Assembly (NCBI GenBank): GCA_937870865.1
Contig: CALMZY010000133.1
Location: forward strand, 1 to 40,284
Reading direction: 5' to 3'
Source of the DNA: an uncultured Lentisphaerota bacterium
GTDB lineage: Bacteria > Verrucomicrobiota > Kiritimatiellia > CAIQIC01 > JAGNIJ01
DNA: 40,284 nucleotides
A model generated the notes under the pieces. That model worked only from the letters and a program-made list of their open reading frames with translations, was not told where the DNA came from and made no database searches. Of the stretch, positions 10,389 through 18,446 are shown one piece after another. The position numbers and the translations under genes were made by a program. Positions within the stretch are counted from its first letter, which is position 1. Every line of letters begins with the position of its first letter.

Positions 10389-10859
10389 TCATTCCGGAAA
10401 GAAGTCGCCAAGGCGGGCGCCTGATTTCTTCCCATGATGCGCGGCCGATTGCCGGGACAGATGGCCGCGCGTTCTCTCGCACAGGTCGAGAAAATCTCCG
10501 CAGGACATCGTGTCCGCGCCGGCCGCGGAGGTGGTCTCGCGCTCCAGCCGATCCGACGTGACCACGAGGATGCCGGCCGGGTCGCCGTCGTCGTGAACAA
10601 GCCGCTCGATGACGGTGTCGGCCGTCTTGTCCGCCGGCGAGAAGACGACTTCAATCGATGCCGATTCGTAGCCCTCGCGGCCGCCCCGCGCGGTGCCGTC
10701 GAACACCACGGTAAAGCGTTCGGCGAGGCTGCCGGCTACTTCCTCCAGTTGGCGCACCAGGCGATGCCGGGCGGTCAGAAGGGTGCCCGTCCGCGATCCG
10801 GATTGGGGGTGACGGTGAAGCAGGCTGTAGCCATCGACGATGATCCAGCGCGCGTTCAT
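10389..10859 (-). CDS. NYN domain protein (YacP/Rae1-like PIN-fold nuclease)
   Basis: Acidic motifs IVDGYS, VVFDG, TADTVIE and VVTSD. Confidence 0.88.
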   Translation of the reverse strand: MNARWIIVDGYSLLHRHPQSGSRTGTLLTARHRLVRQLEEVAGSLAERFTVVFDGTARGGREGYESASIEVVFSPADKTADTVIERLVHDDGDPAGILVVTSDRLERETTSAAGADTMSCGDFLDLCERTRGHLSRQSAAHHGKKSGARLGDFFPE

Positions 10860-10889
10860 GGTTCAGGTTTCCCGCCCGGGTCGAGCGTT

Positions 10890-11921
10890 CTAGGTCTTGG
10901 CCGGACCGGTCGACTCTCGGACGATCAGTTTGACCGGAAGGACTTCATGGCAGGTCGAGATATCGCCCCGGAACAGCGCCAGCAGGCGCTCGCACGCGGC
11001 GCGACCCATCTGGTACAGCTCGTGGCGGATGGTGGTCAGGCCTGGCGTCGTGAATTTGGCCTGCGGAATGTCATCCACGCCCATCACCGACACGTCTTCG
11101 GGAATCTTCAGATTGTGCGTGTGGATGTATCGCATGGCCCCGATGCCCATCCGGTCGTTCCCGGCCATGATCGCCGTGATCGCCGGGTTCGTGGCGAACA
11201 GCTTGCGCGTGGCTTCAAAGCCGCCCTCCTGGCTCCAATCCCTTCCCCCGTCCTCCCACAGCACGGCTTTCTCGTCCAGACCCGCGGCGCGGCAGCGAGC
11301 AATGAACTCATCCCGGAACGCCAGCCCCGTGTGCGTGTTCGTGCCGGCAATGACCCCGATATTCCGGTGGCCGAGGCCCAGCAGGTGGTCGGCCGCCTGG
11401 CGCGCGGAGTCGCGATAATCGACGCCCAGGAAATTCAGCGAACTGTTGGGAAAGAAATGGTTGACCAGCAGGAACTTGTACGGACTGCCTTCGAACGCAC
11501 GCAGGTAATCGTCCTCGATGGATGAAGCGATGAACAGCATCCCGTCGACCCGCCTCGATTTGAGGATGTTGATGTACTCCTGGCTTTCGACGAACTTGCT
11601 GTTCGCGACATCGAGAAGGACCTTGTAGTTGTCGTCGCACGCGCGGTCGTAAATGCCGCTCACGATTTCCCCGAAATAGATGTCGGCAAAGACGTGATTC
11701 AAATGGGGGACCACCACGCTGATCACCTCGCTGGTCTGTGAGGCGAGACCGCGAGCGTGGATGTTCGGTTGATACCCGTGCTTCTTCACCGAGGCGAGGA
11801 CGCGGTTCCGTGTCTTCTCGCTGATGCGCGAGTTGTTGTTCAGCACGAGCGAAACCGTGCTCAACGAAACGCCGCACTCCTTGGCGATATCCTTGATGGT
11901 CGTTCTTTGTCCCTGTGCCAT
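10890..11921 (-). CDS. LacI family transcriptional regulator
   Basis: HTH TIKDIAKECGVSLSTVSLVLN, hinge YQPNIHARGL and C-terminal LIVRESTG. Confidence 0.95.
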   Translation of the reverse strand: MAQGQRTTIKDIAKECGVSLSTVSLVLNNNSRISEKTRNRVLASVKKHGYQPNIHARGLASQTSEVISVVVPHLNHVFADIYFGEIVSGIYDRACDDNYKVLLDVANSKFVESQEYINILKSRRVDGMLFIASSIEDDYLRAFEGSPYKFLLVNHFFPNSSLNFLGVDYRDSARQAADHLLGLGHRNIGVIAGTNTHTGLAFRDEFIARCRAAGLDEKAVLWEDGGRDWSQEGGFEATRKLFATNPAITAIMAGNDRMGIGAMRYIHTHNLKIPEDVSVMGVDDIPQAKFTTPGLTTIRHELYQMGRAACERLLALFRGDISTCHEVLPVKLIVRESTGPAKT

Positions 11922-11944
11922 GTTGTTCCCTTTGGAGTCCTCGG

Positions 11945-11958
11945 GTGAAACGTTCTAC
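11945..11958. promoter_or_regulatory. Putative LacI-family operator (autoregulatory)
   Basis: GTGAAACGTTCTAC is a near-palindrome with central CG. It lies between a minus-strand TAGAAT -10 element and the lacI start. Confidence 0.6.
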
Positions 11959-12134
11959 CTATAGCACAGTGATTCTACACGTGCAAAAGCAATTTGTTCA
12001 GAAAAGAGCGCGTTTTTGGCCTATTTGCCGGGGTTGGCGCTCTTGGCCACCGGGCCGGGTTTTTCTTTTCATGCCGTTCGTCCGGCACTATTCTTCTGCC
12101 GCGGTGGTGACCTTCTTTCGAAAGGAGATACGCT

Positions 12135-12794
12135 ATGCAGCATCGTGCCCTCGCTCTCAAGGCCGCCTGTTTCCTGTTCAGTGTCTCGCTGTGCGGTGCC
12201 GAGCTCAACATGGACTGGGCCTATCACAACGTCGCGGGATCGGATCGTGCCCAGGAGTTCGTGCCCGGTCAGGGTTTTTCGTTTCTCGGCAACAGCAAGG
12301 TGATCATCCCGGATGGCGAGCCGGTAACCCTCTATGTCACCACGGCCAACCAGTTTGCGGGTGATGCCGACGAGCAGGTGTTTGTCCGCTGGTGGAACGG
12401 CAGCGAGGAGAAGTGGATTTCGGGGACGTGGGCGACGAACGTCTGGCTCGGGAGCGGTGAGAACGATGCCGGGCGTTTCCATGGCCTGCCGATGGATCAG
12501 TCCGTCATGCTCGACGTGTGGAAGTTCGAGATCGGCGCGGATGTGACCCTGCCCGGCGAGAACTTCTACGTGATCCAGTTGAAGGGCTGGAAGGAAGGGA
12601 GCGAGCCGGCTCAATCCTACTTGCTCAAGGATTCCGGCACGGACAGCCAGGTGAACAACATCGGCCAGATCTGGACCTCGGGCGACTATTTCCAGCACGA
12701 TTGGAGCGTGACCATCGAGGGCGCAGGCAGTCCCGCCGCCAAGCCGGCAGGCGCGTCCACCAACGCTCCGAAAGCCGTCGCGGCGCCTCTGTAG
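12135..12794 (+). CDS. Secreted Trp-rich beta-sandwich-like hypothetical protein (possible carbohydrate-binding module)
   Basis: AAGGAG SD, signal peptide, many Trp/Tyr residues and an Ala/Pro tail. Divergent from lacI. Confidence 0.7.
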   Translation: MQHRALALKAACFLFSVSLCGAELNMDWAYHNVAGSDRAQEFVPGQGFSFLGNSKVIIPDGEPVTLYVTTANQFAGDADEQVFVRWWNGSEEKWISGTWATNVWLGSGENDAGRFHGLPMDQSVMLDVWKFEIGADVTLPGENFYVIQLKGWKEGSEPAQSYLLKDSGTDSQVNNIGQIWTSGDYFQHDWSVTIEGAGSPAAKPAGASTNAPKAVAAPL

Positions 12795-12914
12795 AGGGGA
12801 GTCTTGGGCCGTAAAAAACATTGAAGGTTTCGCGCGGCCCGGCGTCTTATTAGTGTTTACCGGCATCGACGGGATGTTAGAGTTTACGCGAAGTAGCCAA
12901 AACGGAGGTGGCAA

Positions 12915-13859
12915 ATGAGACGTTTCATATCAGTGCTGATGGCCGTTGCCGCGGGTGCGGCGGTTGCGTCCGCCGAACCGATCCGCGTCGCGCTCATGGA
13001 CTTCCAGGATCAGACGGGCATGAAATCCGATGCCGATCTTGGCGGCGGCATCGCGCCGTCCGCCCTCGCGGGCAAGGGCGTGTTCCTTCTCGCCGAACAA
13101 CTGGTCGGCAAGGAGGGCTTCACCCTCGTGGATCGCCGCGACTTCATGGACCAGATGGAGAAGCTGCAGCCGAAGGACATGGGCGAGAAGACCCCGACCA
13201 AGCCCTCGTTCATCCAGGCGGCGCAGGCCCTGAACACCGATGTCGTGCTGCGCGGCAGCCTGCTGGGGTTCTCGACCGGGAAAAAGGTCGTCGACCAGGG
13301 CGGCTACAAGACCGAGTTTTCGACGGCCTCGCTGCGCGTGGGCATTGAGGCGCTGGATTCCGTGGACGGGACCGTCGTGGCGATGGCGAACGGCGTTGCG
13401 GACGGGAACTTCCGCCAGACGGCCGCCAGCTACACGGTCATGTCCGAGGAAGACGCGATCGGCCTGATGCAGAAGGCCATCGCCCAGGCGCTGCCCAACA
13501 TCGAAAACGCTCTTCAGACGCGGCTCTCCAAGCTCGCGAGCCGGCCGAAGATCAAGCTGAGCGTGAGCACGTCCGCCGACCCCGCGCTGATCGAGATTGA
13601 CGGCATCCTGGTCGGCACCTCGCCGGTCAAGGGCCTGGATATCTACCAGGGCGATCACGTGCTGACGATCGGCAAGCCCGGCTACCGTGACATCACCAAG
13701 CGCATCCTGTTCGAGAAGAACACCGAGATTGAAGTGCCGATGATGCGCACGGAACTGTCCGCCGAGGAAATGAAGGAAGTCCTTGAAAAGGCGCGGCTGG
13801 ACATCATTTCGACGGACGGCGTCATAAAACCCGGGCTGATCATCAAGACCGTGGACTAA
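12915..13859 (+). CDS. Secreted PEGA-domain protein with an N-terminal CsgG/FlgO-like alpha/beta domain
   Basis: GGAGG SD and signal peptide. IRVALMDF...FTLVDRR...DVVLRGS pattern. PEGA motif DPALIEIDGILVGTSP...GDHVLTIGKPGY. Confidence 0.78.
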   Translation: MRRFISVLMAVAAGAAVASAEPIRVALMDFQDQTGMKSDADLGGGIAPSALAGKGVFLLAEQLVGKEGFTLVDRRDFMDQMEKLQPKDMGEKTPTKPSFIQAAQALNTDVVLRGSLLGFSTGKKVVDQGGYKTEFSTASLRVGIEALDSVDGTVVAMANGVADGNFRQTAASYTVMSEEDAIGLMQKAIAQALPNIENALQTRLSKLASRPKIKLSVSTSADPALIEIDGILVGTSPVKGLDIYQGDHVLTIGKPGYRDITKRILFEKNTEIEVPMMRTELSAEEMKEVLEKARLDIISTDGVIKPGLIIKTVD

Positions 13860-13892
13860 GGGCTAGAATAATCTGCCGGTTTGAAGTATTTA

Positions 13893-13930
13893 TTCGCCGG
13901 GGCGTGAAGGCGCCCCGGCGAACTGTTTTT
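13893..13930 (+). terminator. Rho-independent terminator
   Basis: 12-bp stem TTCGCCGGGGCG/CGCCCCGGCGAA followed by CTGTTTTT. Confidence 0.7.
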
Positions 13931-13937
13931 GCGGGAT

Positions 13938-14483
13938 ATGATGTCTTCGTTGCTAGCGTTTCTGCACCACATCCTCACGAACCTCGGATTCGTGCTGGTC
14001 TGGGTGATGTGTCTCGTGGGCCTCCTTCTCTCGTGTCTGTCCATTTCGGGGACATGGCTGGTGGTCGGCGCGACCCTGCTTTCGATGCTGCTCGTCGGTT
14101 CGGGCTTTCCGGGATTCGGAACGGTTCTCCTGATGATCTGGGTCGCGATCTGCGTCGAGGTGGTCGAGTACGTCGCCGGCGTGTGGGGCGTCAAAAACCG
14201 CGGCGGTTCGAACTGGGCGGGCTTGGCGGCTCTGGTCGGGGGCGTGGCCGGGTTGATCCTTGGCACGGCGATTCCGGTGCCGGTCCTTGGCAGTCTGCTG
14301 GGGATGACCGCCGGCAGTTTCGGTTTTGTGTACGGCGTCGAGCGTTACCGCTTGAAACGGGCCTCGCCGGCCGTCCATATTGCCCTCGGCGCGGTGGTCG
14401 CGCGGTTCTTCGTGGTGCTCTTGAAGGTCGGCGTCACGCTCGGGATGATGGCATGGCTCGCAATCGGCTTGGCGGCAAAATGA
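13938..14483 (+). CDS. DUF456 (YqgC-like) integral membrane protein
   Basis: Several TM segments and the family pattern GTWLV...EYVAGVWGVKNRGGS...GGVAGLILG...PVPVLGSLLG. Confidence 0.82.
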   Translation: MMSSLLAFLHHILTNLGFVLVWVMCLVGLLLSCLSISGTWLVVGATLLSMLLVGSGFPGFGTVLLMIWVAICVEVVEYVAGVWGVKNRGGSNWAGLAALVGGVAGLILGTAIPVPVLGSLLGMTAGSFGFVYGVERYRLKRASPAVHIALGAVVARFFVVLLKVGVTLGMMAWLAIGLAAK

Positions 14484-16390
14484 GCGGCGCGTTTTTTCCA
14501 AGCCTTGGAAAAAAATCTGTTGTTGTTTCCAAGGCTTGGAAAATCCTTCTCGCAAGCTCCCTCCTCGCGATGACCGCGCCGGCCGAAAATCTCCGTCCGA
14601 TCCTCGGGACCCACGAGCAGGCGCGCCTGGAAGATGCGCTGCGCGGCATGGAGATGACCGGGGTGGATCTGGGTTTCGGAAAGGACTACGGCAAGCCGCA
14701 GGTCGTTCTCCAGCGCGCGCGCCGGCTTCTCTCGGAACCGCTCGGACTGCCGGCGATGGCGGACGAGATCCTTGCGACGTTCCAGCCGAATTGCCCGCCC
14801 GCCGTCTGGCTGGAGTCCGCCAGCCTGCTCGAGGTGAAACTGACCGAGCCGGCGGCCGCGCCGCCTGCGGGCGCAAGTTCCCTGACCAACGGCCTCGCCT
14901 CCTTCCTGTCGGGAGCGCGCCGGGCCGAACAACGGCTGACGCAGGCCTTTGGCTCCCTGACCGGCGACGAGAAGCGGTACGTCGCGGCGGCTTTCTTCGC
15001 GGGGACGTTCAACGCGGAGGACAAGGCCGACGTGCGGGTTGACCTTCTCTCCGTCGGGGTGTCGACGTCCGAAATCCAGCGGGCGATCATGGAGAGCCTG
15101 GACATCGATCCCGGGCCGGCGTCGTCGAACTTTCTCGCCGTTCTGGGGAAAGTGGACATCGCGGCGCTGCTGGACGCGGGGCGCGTATTTCAGCAAGCGG
15201 TGTATGAAGCGCGCGAGGCCGCGAAGTCCGTTCACGATTGGCCTGAGAAACCCACGCGCGTCGATTCGATCCTGTTCGGCACGCGGGGCGACGATGTGTA
15301 CACGAACGCGGAACTGCTGATCCTGGATCCGGGCGGAGACGACACCTACTGCGGGGACGCGGGAAGCGCGAACGGTTTGCAGGGCAGGCTGCTCGCCGCG
15401 ATCGTGGACCTTGCGGGCAACGACCGCTACATAGGCGATCGGGTGTTGGGGCCCGGCTCCGCCGTGTTTGGCGCGGCGGTGTTGCTGGACGGTGCGGGCG
15501 ACGACCTGTACCGCGCGAAATACACCGGCCAGGCGTCCGCGTTTTTCGGCGCGAGCTGGCTGGAGGACCTGACGGGAAGCGATGTCTATCGCGCGCAGGC
15601 GCACTCGCAGGCCGCCGGGTACGCGGGGTTCGGATATCTGCGTGACGGCGCCGGCAACGATGTGTACGACGTCGGGTTCGCGGGTCAGGCGTACGCGGGG
15701 GTCATGGGCGTGGGCGTCCTGGTGGATGAGGCGGGGAATGACCGCTATCTCGCGGGCGGGGTCGAGCACGACTACGAGCGCAACGACGACCGGTACGTTT
15801 CGATGGCGCAGGGACTGGCGATCGGCATGCGGCCGTACGCGGGCGGCGGTGTCGCCGCATTGATCGATCTCGAAGGCAACGACACGTACACGGCCGACGT
15901 GTTCGGGCAGGGGGTCAGCTACTGGTATTCCGTCGGCATGCTGCTGGATGTCGCGGGCGACGACACGTACTCGATGTACCAATACGGGCAGGGTTCCGGC
16001 ATCCATCTCAGCTCCGGCCTTCTGGCCGACGGCGGCGGCAAGGATGTTTACACCGGCGGCGTGCTGGTGCAGGGCAACGCACACGATTACGGGGTCGGGA
16101 TGCTGTTCGAGCAGGGCGGGGACGACACGTACACCGCGAACCAGCACGCGCAGGGCCGGGCGATCAACAACGCGCTCGGGATTCTCGTGGATTCCGCCGG
16201 CGACGACTCCTATTTCGGGCGGCAGACCGATGAGTGCCAGGGCATCGGCAACGACGCGGGCGAGCGCGAGTACGGGAGCCTGGCGGTGCTGATGGACCTG
16301 GCGGGCAGGGACGTCTACTCCTGCGGCGCGACGAACGGGTGCCGGATGACGAGGCCGGATTTCGGGATTATTTATGACGATCAGCCCTGA
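14480..16390 (+). CDS. Secreted protein with ~13 DxxGxDxY repeats (RTX-like Ca-binding beta-roll/solenoid)
   Basis: ATGA coupling with the DUF456 stop at 14480. Signal peptide ending AMTAPA. Repeats such as VDLAGNDRY, LDGAGDDLY and IDLEGNDTY at ~26-aa spacing. Confidence 0.78.
   Translation: MSGAFFPSLGKKSVVVSKAWKILLASSLLAMTAPAENLRPILGTHEQARLEDALRGMEMTGVDLGFGKDYGKPQVVLQRARRLLSEPLGLPAMADEILATFQPNCPPAVWLESASLLEVKLTEPAAAPPAGASSLTNGLASFLSGARRAEQRLTQAFGSLTGDEKRYVAAAFFAGTFNAEDKADVRVDLLSVGVSTSEIQRAIMESLDIDPGPASSNFLAVLGKVDIAALLDAGRVFQQAVYEAREAAKSVHDWPEKPTRVDSILFGTRGDDVYTNAELLILDPGGDDTYCGDAGSANGLQGRLLAAIVDLAGNDRYIGDRVLGPGSAVFGAAVLLDGAGDDLYRAKYTGQASAFFGASWLEDLTGSDVYRAQAHSQAAGYAGFGYLRDGAGNDVYDVGFAGQAYAGVMGVGVLVDEAGNDRYLAGGVEHDYERNDDRYVSMAQGLAIGMRPYAGGGVAALIDLEGNDTYTADVFGQGVSYWYSVGMLLDVAGDDTYSMYQYGQGSGIHLSSGLLADGGGKDVYTGGVLVQGNAHDYGVGMLFEQGGDDTYTANQHAQGRAINNALGILVDSAGDDSYFGRQTDECQGIGNDAGEREYGSLAVLMDLAGRDVYSCGATNGCRMTRPDFGIIYDDQP
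14492..14543. repeat. Pair of TTCCAA-N3-TTGGAA palindromes in inverted orientation, inside the CDS N-terminus
   Basis: TTTTTTCCAAGCCTTGGAAAAAA (14492-14514) and TTTCCAAGGCTTGGAAA (14526-14542). The second is the exact reverse complement of the core of the first. Confidence 0.8.
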
Positions 16391-17063
16391 TTTTGTTGCC
16401 GCAAAGAGGCGCAAGAGGACACAAGGGAGGAATGTTTCCCTGTGTGTCTTCTTGAGCCTCTTTGCGGCCAACGTTTTTTCCGGAGGGCCGCCGTCCGACG
16501 ACGAGTTGATCTTCAACCTTCAGCGTTACGGCAACACGCCGGAGAAGCGCGAGGCCAAGGCGCGCTCGCGCGAGATCCTAGTCCGGCGCGGCCCCGACGC
16601 CCTGCGCCTCCTGATGGGGCGGGTCCACCTGGAGAACGTGATGATCTCGGTTGAGGCGGAGAATATGGTGCGGACGATGGACACGCAGGAGGTCGCGTCG
16701 GTCCTCTCCGGGTTCCTCGCCGACGCGCATCCCCGGACGCGCAAGCTGGCGGCGTACTGGCTGGGTTTTCACGACACGCCGGAGTACGCGGCCCGGGTTT
16801 ACCCTCTTCTGGAAGACGACGAAACGGCTGGGGCGGCGATTCGCACGCTGGGCAAGTGGCGGGACCGTGACGCGATCCCGAAGATCGTCCCGTTCCTTTC
16901 GCACGAGAAGGAAGTCCGGCGGATCGCGGCGGTCAACGCCTTGCGCGACATCGGCGACGCGTCCGCGATCCCGGAACTGGAGCCTCTGCTCGACGACCGC
17001 TATTTCACCGTTCGCAAAGCGGCGGAACGCGCCCTCGCGAAACTCCGCGAGTCACGGCCGTAA
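16374..17063 (+). CDS. HEAT/PBS-lyase repeat protein, probably exported
   Basis: Repeats [34 protein letters not shown] and [12 protein letters not shown]. Overlaps the upstream gene end by 17 nt. Confidence 0.8.
   Translation: MTISPDFVAAKRRKRTQGRNVSLCVFLSLFAANVFSGGPPSDDELIFNLQRYGNTPEKREAKARSREILVRRGPDALRLLMGRVHLENVMISVEAENMVRTMDTQEVASVLSGFLADAHPRTRKLAAYWLGFHDTPEYAARVYPLLEDDETAGAAIRTLGKWRDRDAIPKIVPFLSHEKEVRRIAAVNALRDIGDASAIPELEPLLDDRYFTVRKAAERALAKLRESRP
16398..16468. repeat. Miniature inverted-repeat element inside the CDS N-terminus
   Basis: GCCGCAAAGAGGCGCAAGAGGACACAAGGGA / TCCCTGTGTGTCTTCTTGAGCCTCTTTGCGGC: 2 mismatches, 1 indel and an 8-nt loop. Confidence 0.85.
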
Positions 17064-17089
17064 TGTCCATCTGCGATCACTCTTTGTCT

Positions 17090-17117
17090 TTGACACGCCG
17101 CGCTCCTGATGTATCTT
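17090..17117 (+). promoter_or_regulatory. Sigma70-type promoter for mscL and the DUF481 gene
   Basis: TTGACA-N16-TATCTT. Confidence 0.55.
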
Positions 17118-17161
17118 CAAAAGCCGCTGGCCAGATGGGCCATAACAACACGGAGGATCAT

Positions 17162-17566
17162 ATGGGCAACTGGGTCAAGGAATTCAAAGAGTTCGCCGTC
17201 AAGGGGAACATGGTCGACATGGCCGTCGGTATCATCATCGGCGGCGCGTTCGGCAAGATCGTCTCGTCGCTGGTCAACGACGTCCTGATGCCGCCCCTGG
17301 GCATGCTGATGGGCGGCGTGGATTTCTCCGACAAGGTGGTCACGCTGAAGGAGGCCGTTGAAAACGCCCCCGCCGTTCAGCTCAAGTACGGCATGTTCAT
17401 CAACAACATCATCGACTTCACCATCGTGGCGTTCGCCGTGTTTCTTCTGGTGAAGGGCATCAACCAGTTGAAGAAGAAGGAAGCGGCCGCCCCGTCGACG
17501 CCTCCGGCGCCTTCGGCGCAGGAAGTGCTGCTGGGCGAAATCCGCGACATCCTGAAGACGAAATAA
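17162..17566 (+). CDS. mscL: Large-conductance mechanosensitive channel
   Basis: [37 protein letters not shown] and [16 protein letters not shown] before ATG 17162. Confidence 0.96.
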   Translation: MGNWVKEFKEFAVKGNMVDMAVGIIIGGAFGKIVSSLVNDVLMPPLGMLMGGVDFSDKVVTLKEAVENAPAVQLKYGMFINNIIDFTIVAFAVFLLVKGINQLKKKEAAAPSTPPAPSAQEVLLGEIRDILKTK

Positions 17567-17582
17567 CCGCAAGGAGAACATC

Positions 17583-18332
17583 ATGATGAGAATTGTATCT
17601 GCACTGATTGCCGTTCTGCTGGCCGCCGCGCTGTCCGCGCAGGCGGAGGAATCCGCCGGGGCCAAGTGGAGCACGAGCGCGAACGCGGGGCTGAACCTGA
17701 CGCGCGGAAACAGCCGGACCACGGCGGGCAACGCCAGCATCGTTTCCGAGCGCAAAGGCGACGCGCATGAAGTCACGCTGGGCGTCGAGGGCAACTACGG
17801 CCAGAGCGAGCAGACGGATGCGGACGGCGGGACGGAAATGAAGACCACCGTCCAGAACGAGAAGGGGTATGCCAAGTACCGCTACCTGTTCACGGACCGC
17901 GACTACGCCTACATGAACGGCGAACTCAGCCAGGACAAGATTGCGGATATCAAGTACCGGCTGATCGTCGGTCCCGGCCTCGGCCGCTACTGGATCAAGA
18001 GCGACAAGAACACGCTCGGAACGGAACTCGGTATCTCCTGGATCAAGGAAAAGATCAGCGAGGACGAAGGCGATCGCTTTGCCCTGCGTTTCGCGGAGAA
18101 GTACGAGTTGAAGATCAGCGACACGGCGAAGCTGTGGGAAAGCGTGGAGTACCTCCCCGCCATCGATGACTTCGAGAATTACCTGGTCAACGGCGAAATC
18201 GGCGTTGAGGCGGCCATGAACTCGAAGCTCAGCCTGCGCATCGTGGCCCAGGACAAGTACAACAACGTTCCGGCGGACGGCAAGGAGAAGAACGACTTCA
18301 CCGTAACCGCCGGCATCGGGTACAAGCTGTAA
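17583..18332 (+). CDS. DUF481 (YdiY-like) outer-membrane beta-barrel protein
   Basis: Signal peptide, GLNLTRGNS, GPGLGRY, amphipathic beta strands and terminal GIGYKL. AAGGAG SD. Confidence 0.88.
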   Translation: MMRIVSALIAVLLAAALSAQAEESAGAKWSTSANAGLNLTRGNSRTTAGNASIVSERKGDAHEVTLGVEGNYGQSEQTDADGGTEMKTTVQNEKGYAKYRYLFTDRDYAYMNGELSQDKIADIKYRLIVGPGLGRYWIKSDKNTLGTELGISWIKEKISEDEGDRFALRFAEKYELKISDTAKLWESVEYLPAIDDFENYLVNGEIGVEAAMNSKLSLRIVAQDKYNNVPADGKEKNDFTVTAGIGYKL

Positions 18333-18350
18333 GGCGTTTCGACGGATTGG

Positions 18351-18390
18351 AAGGCCGGGCATCGGCTGCCGATGCCCGGCCTTTTCCTTT
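18351..18390 (+). terminator. Rho-independent terminator
   Basis: 15-bp stem AAGGCCGGGCATCGG/CCGATGCCCGGCCTT followed by TTCCTTT. Confidence 0.8.
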
Positions 18391-18402
18391 GCGGCAGAGA
18401 AC

Positions 18403-18431
18403 TTGCCCTCCCGGAGGACGATGCATACAAT
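18403..18431 (+). promoter_or_regulatory. Sigma70-type promoter for thrC
   Basis: TTGCCC-N17-TACAAT, 15 nt before ATG 18447. Confidence 0.55.
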
Positions 18432-18446
18432 GCCGCGCTGACCTTT

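Noticed and set aside
9002-10859. OB-fold plus NYN nuclease as a defence or toxin-antitoxin pair
   Set aside because: The genes are convergent, the products are probably in different compartments, and YacP-like NYN proteins are usually housekeeping RNases.
13904-14479. N-terminal extensions given by the ORF track (828-aa version here; also asnS 3707, regulator 4654, kinase 9012, thrC 18372, mscL 17063, atpH 33483 and atpE 33935)
   Set aside because: They overlap other genes, terminators or promoters. Downstream starts have SD sequences or stop-start coupling and match the family N-termini.
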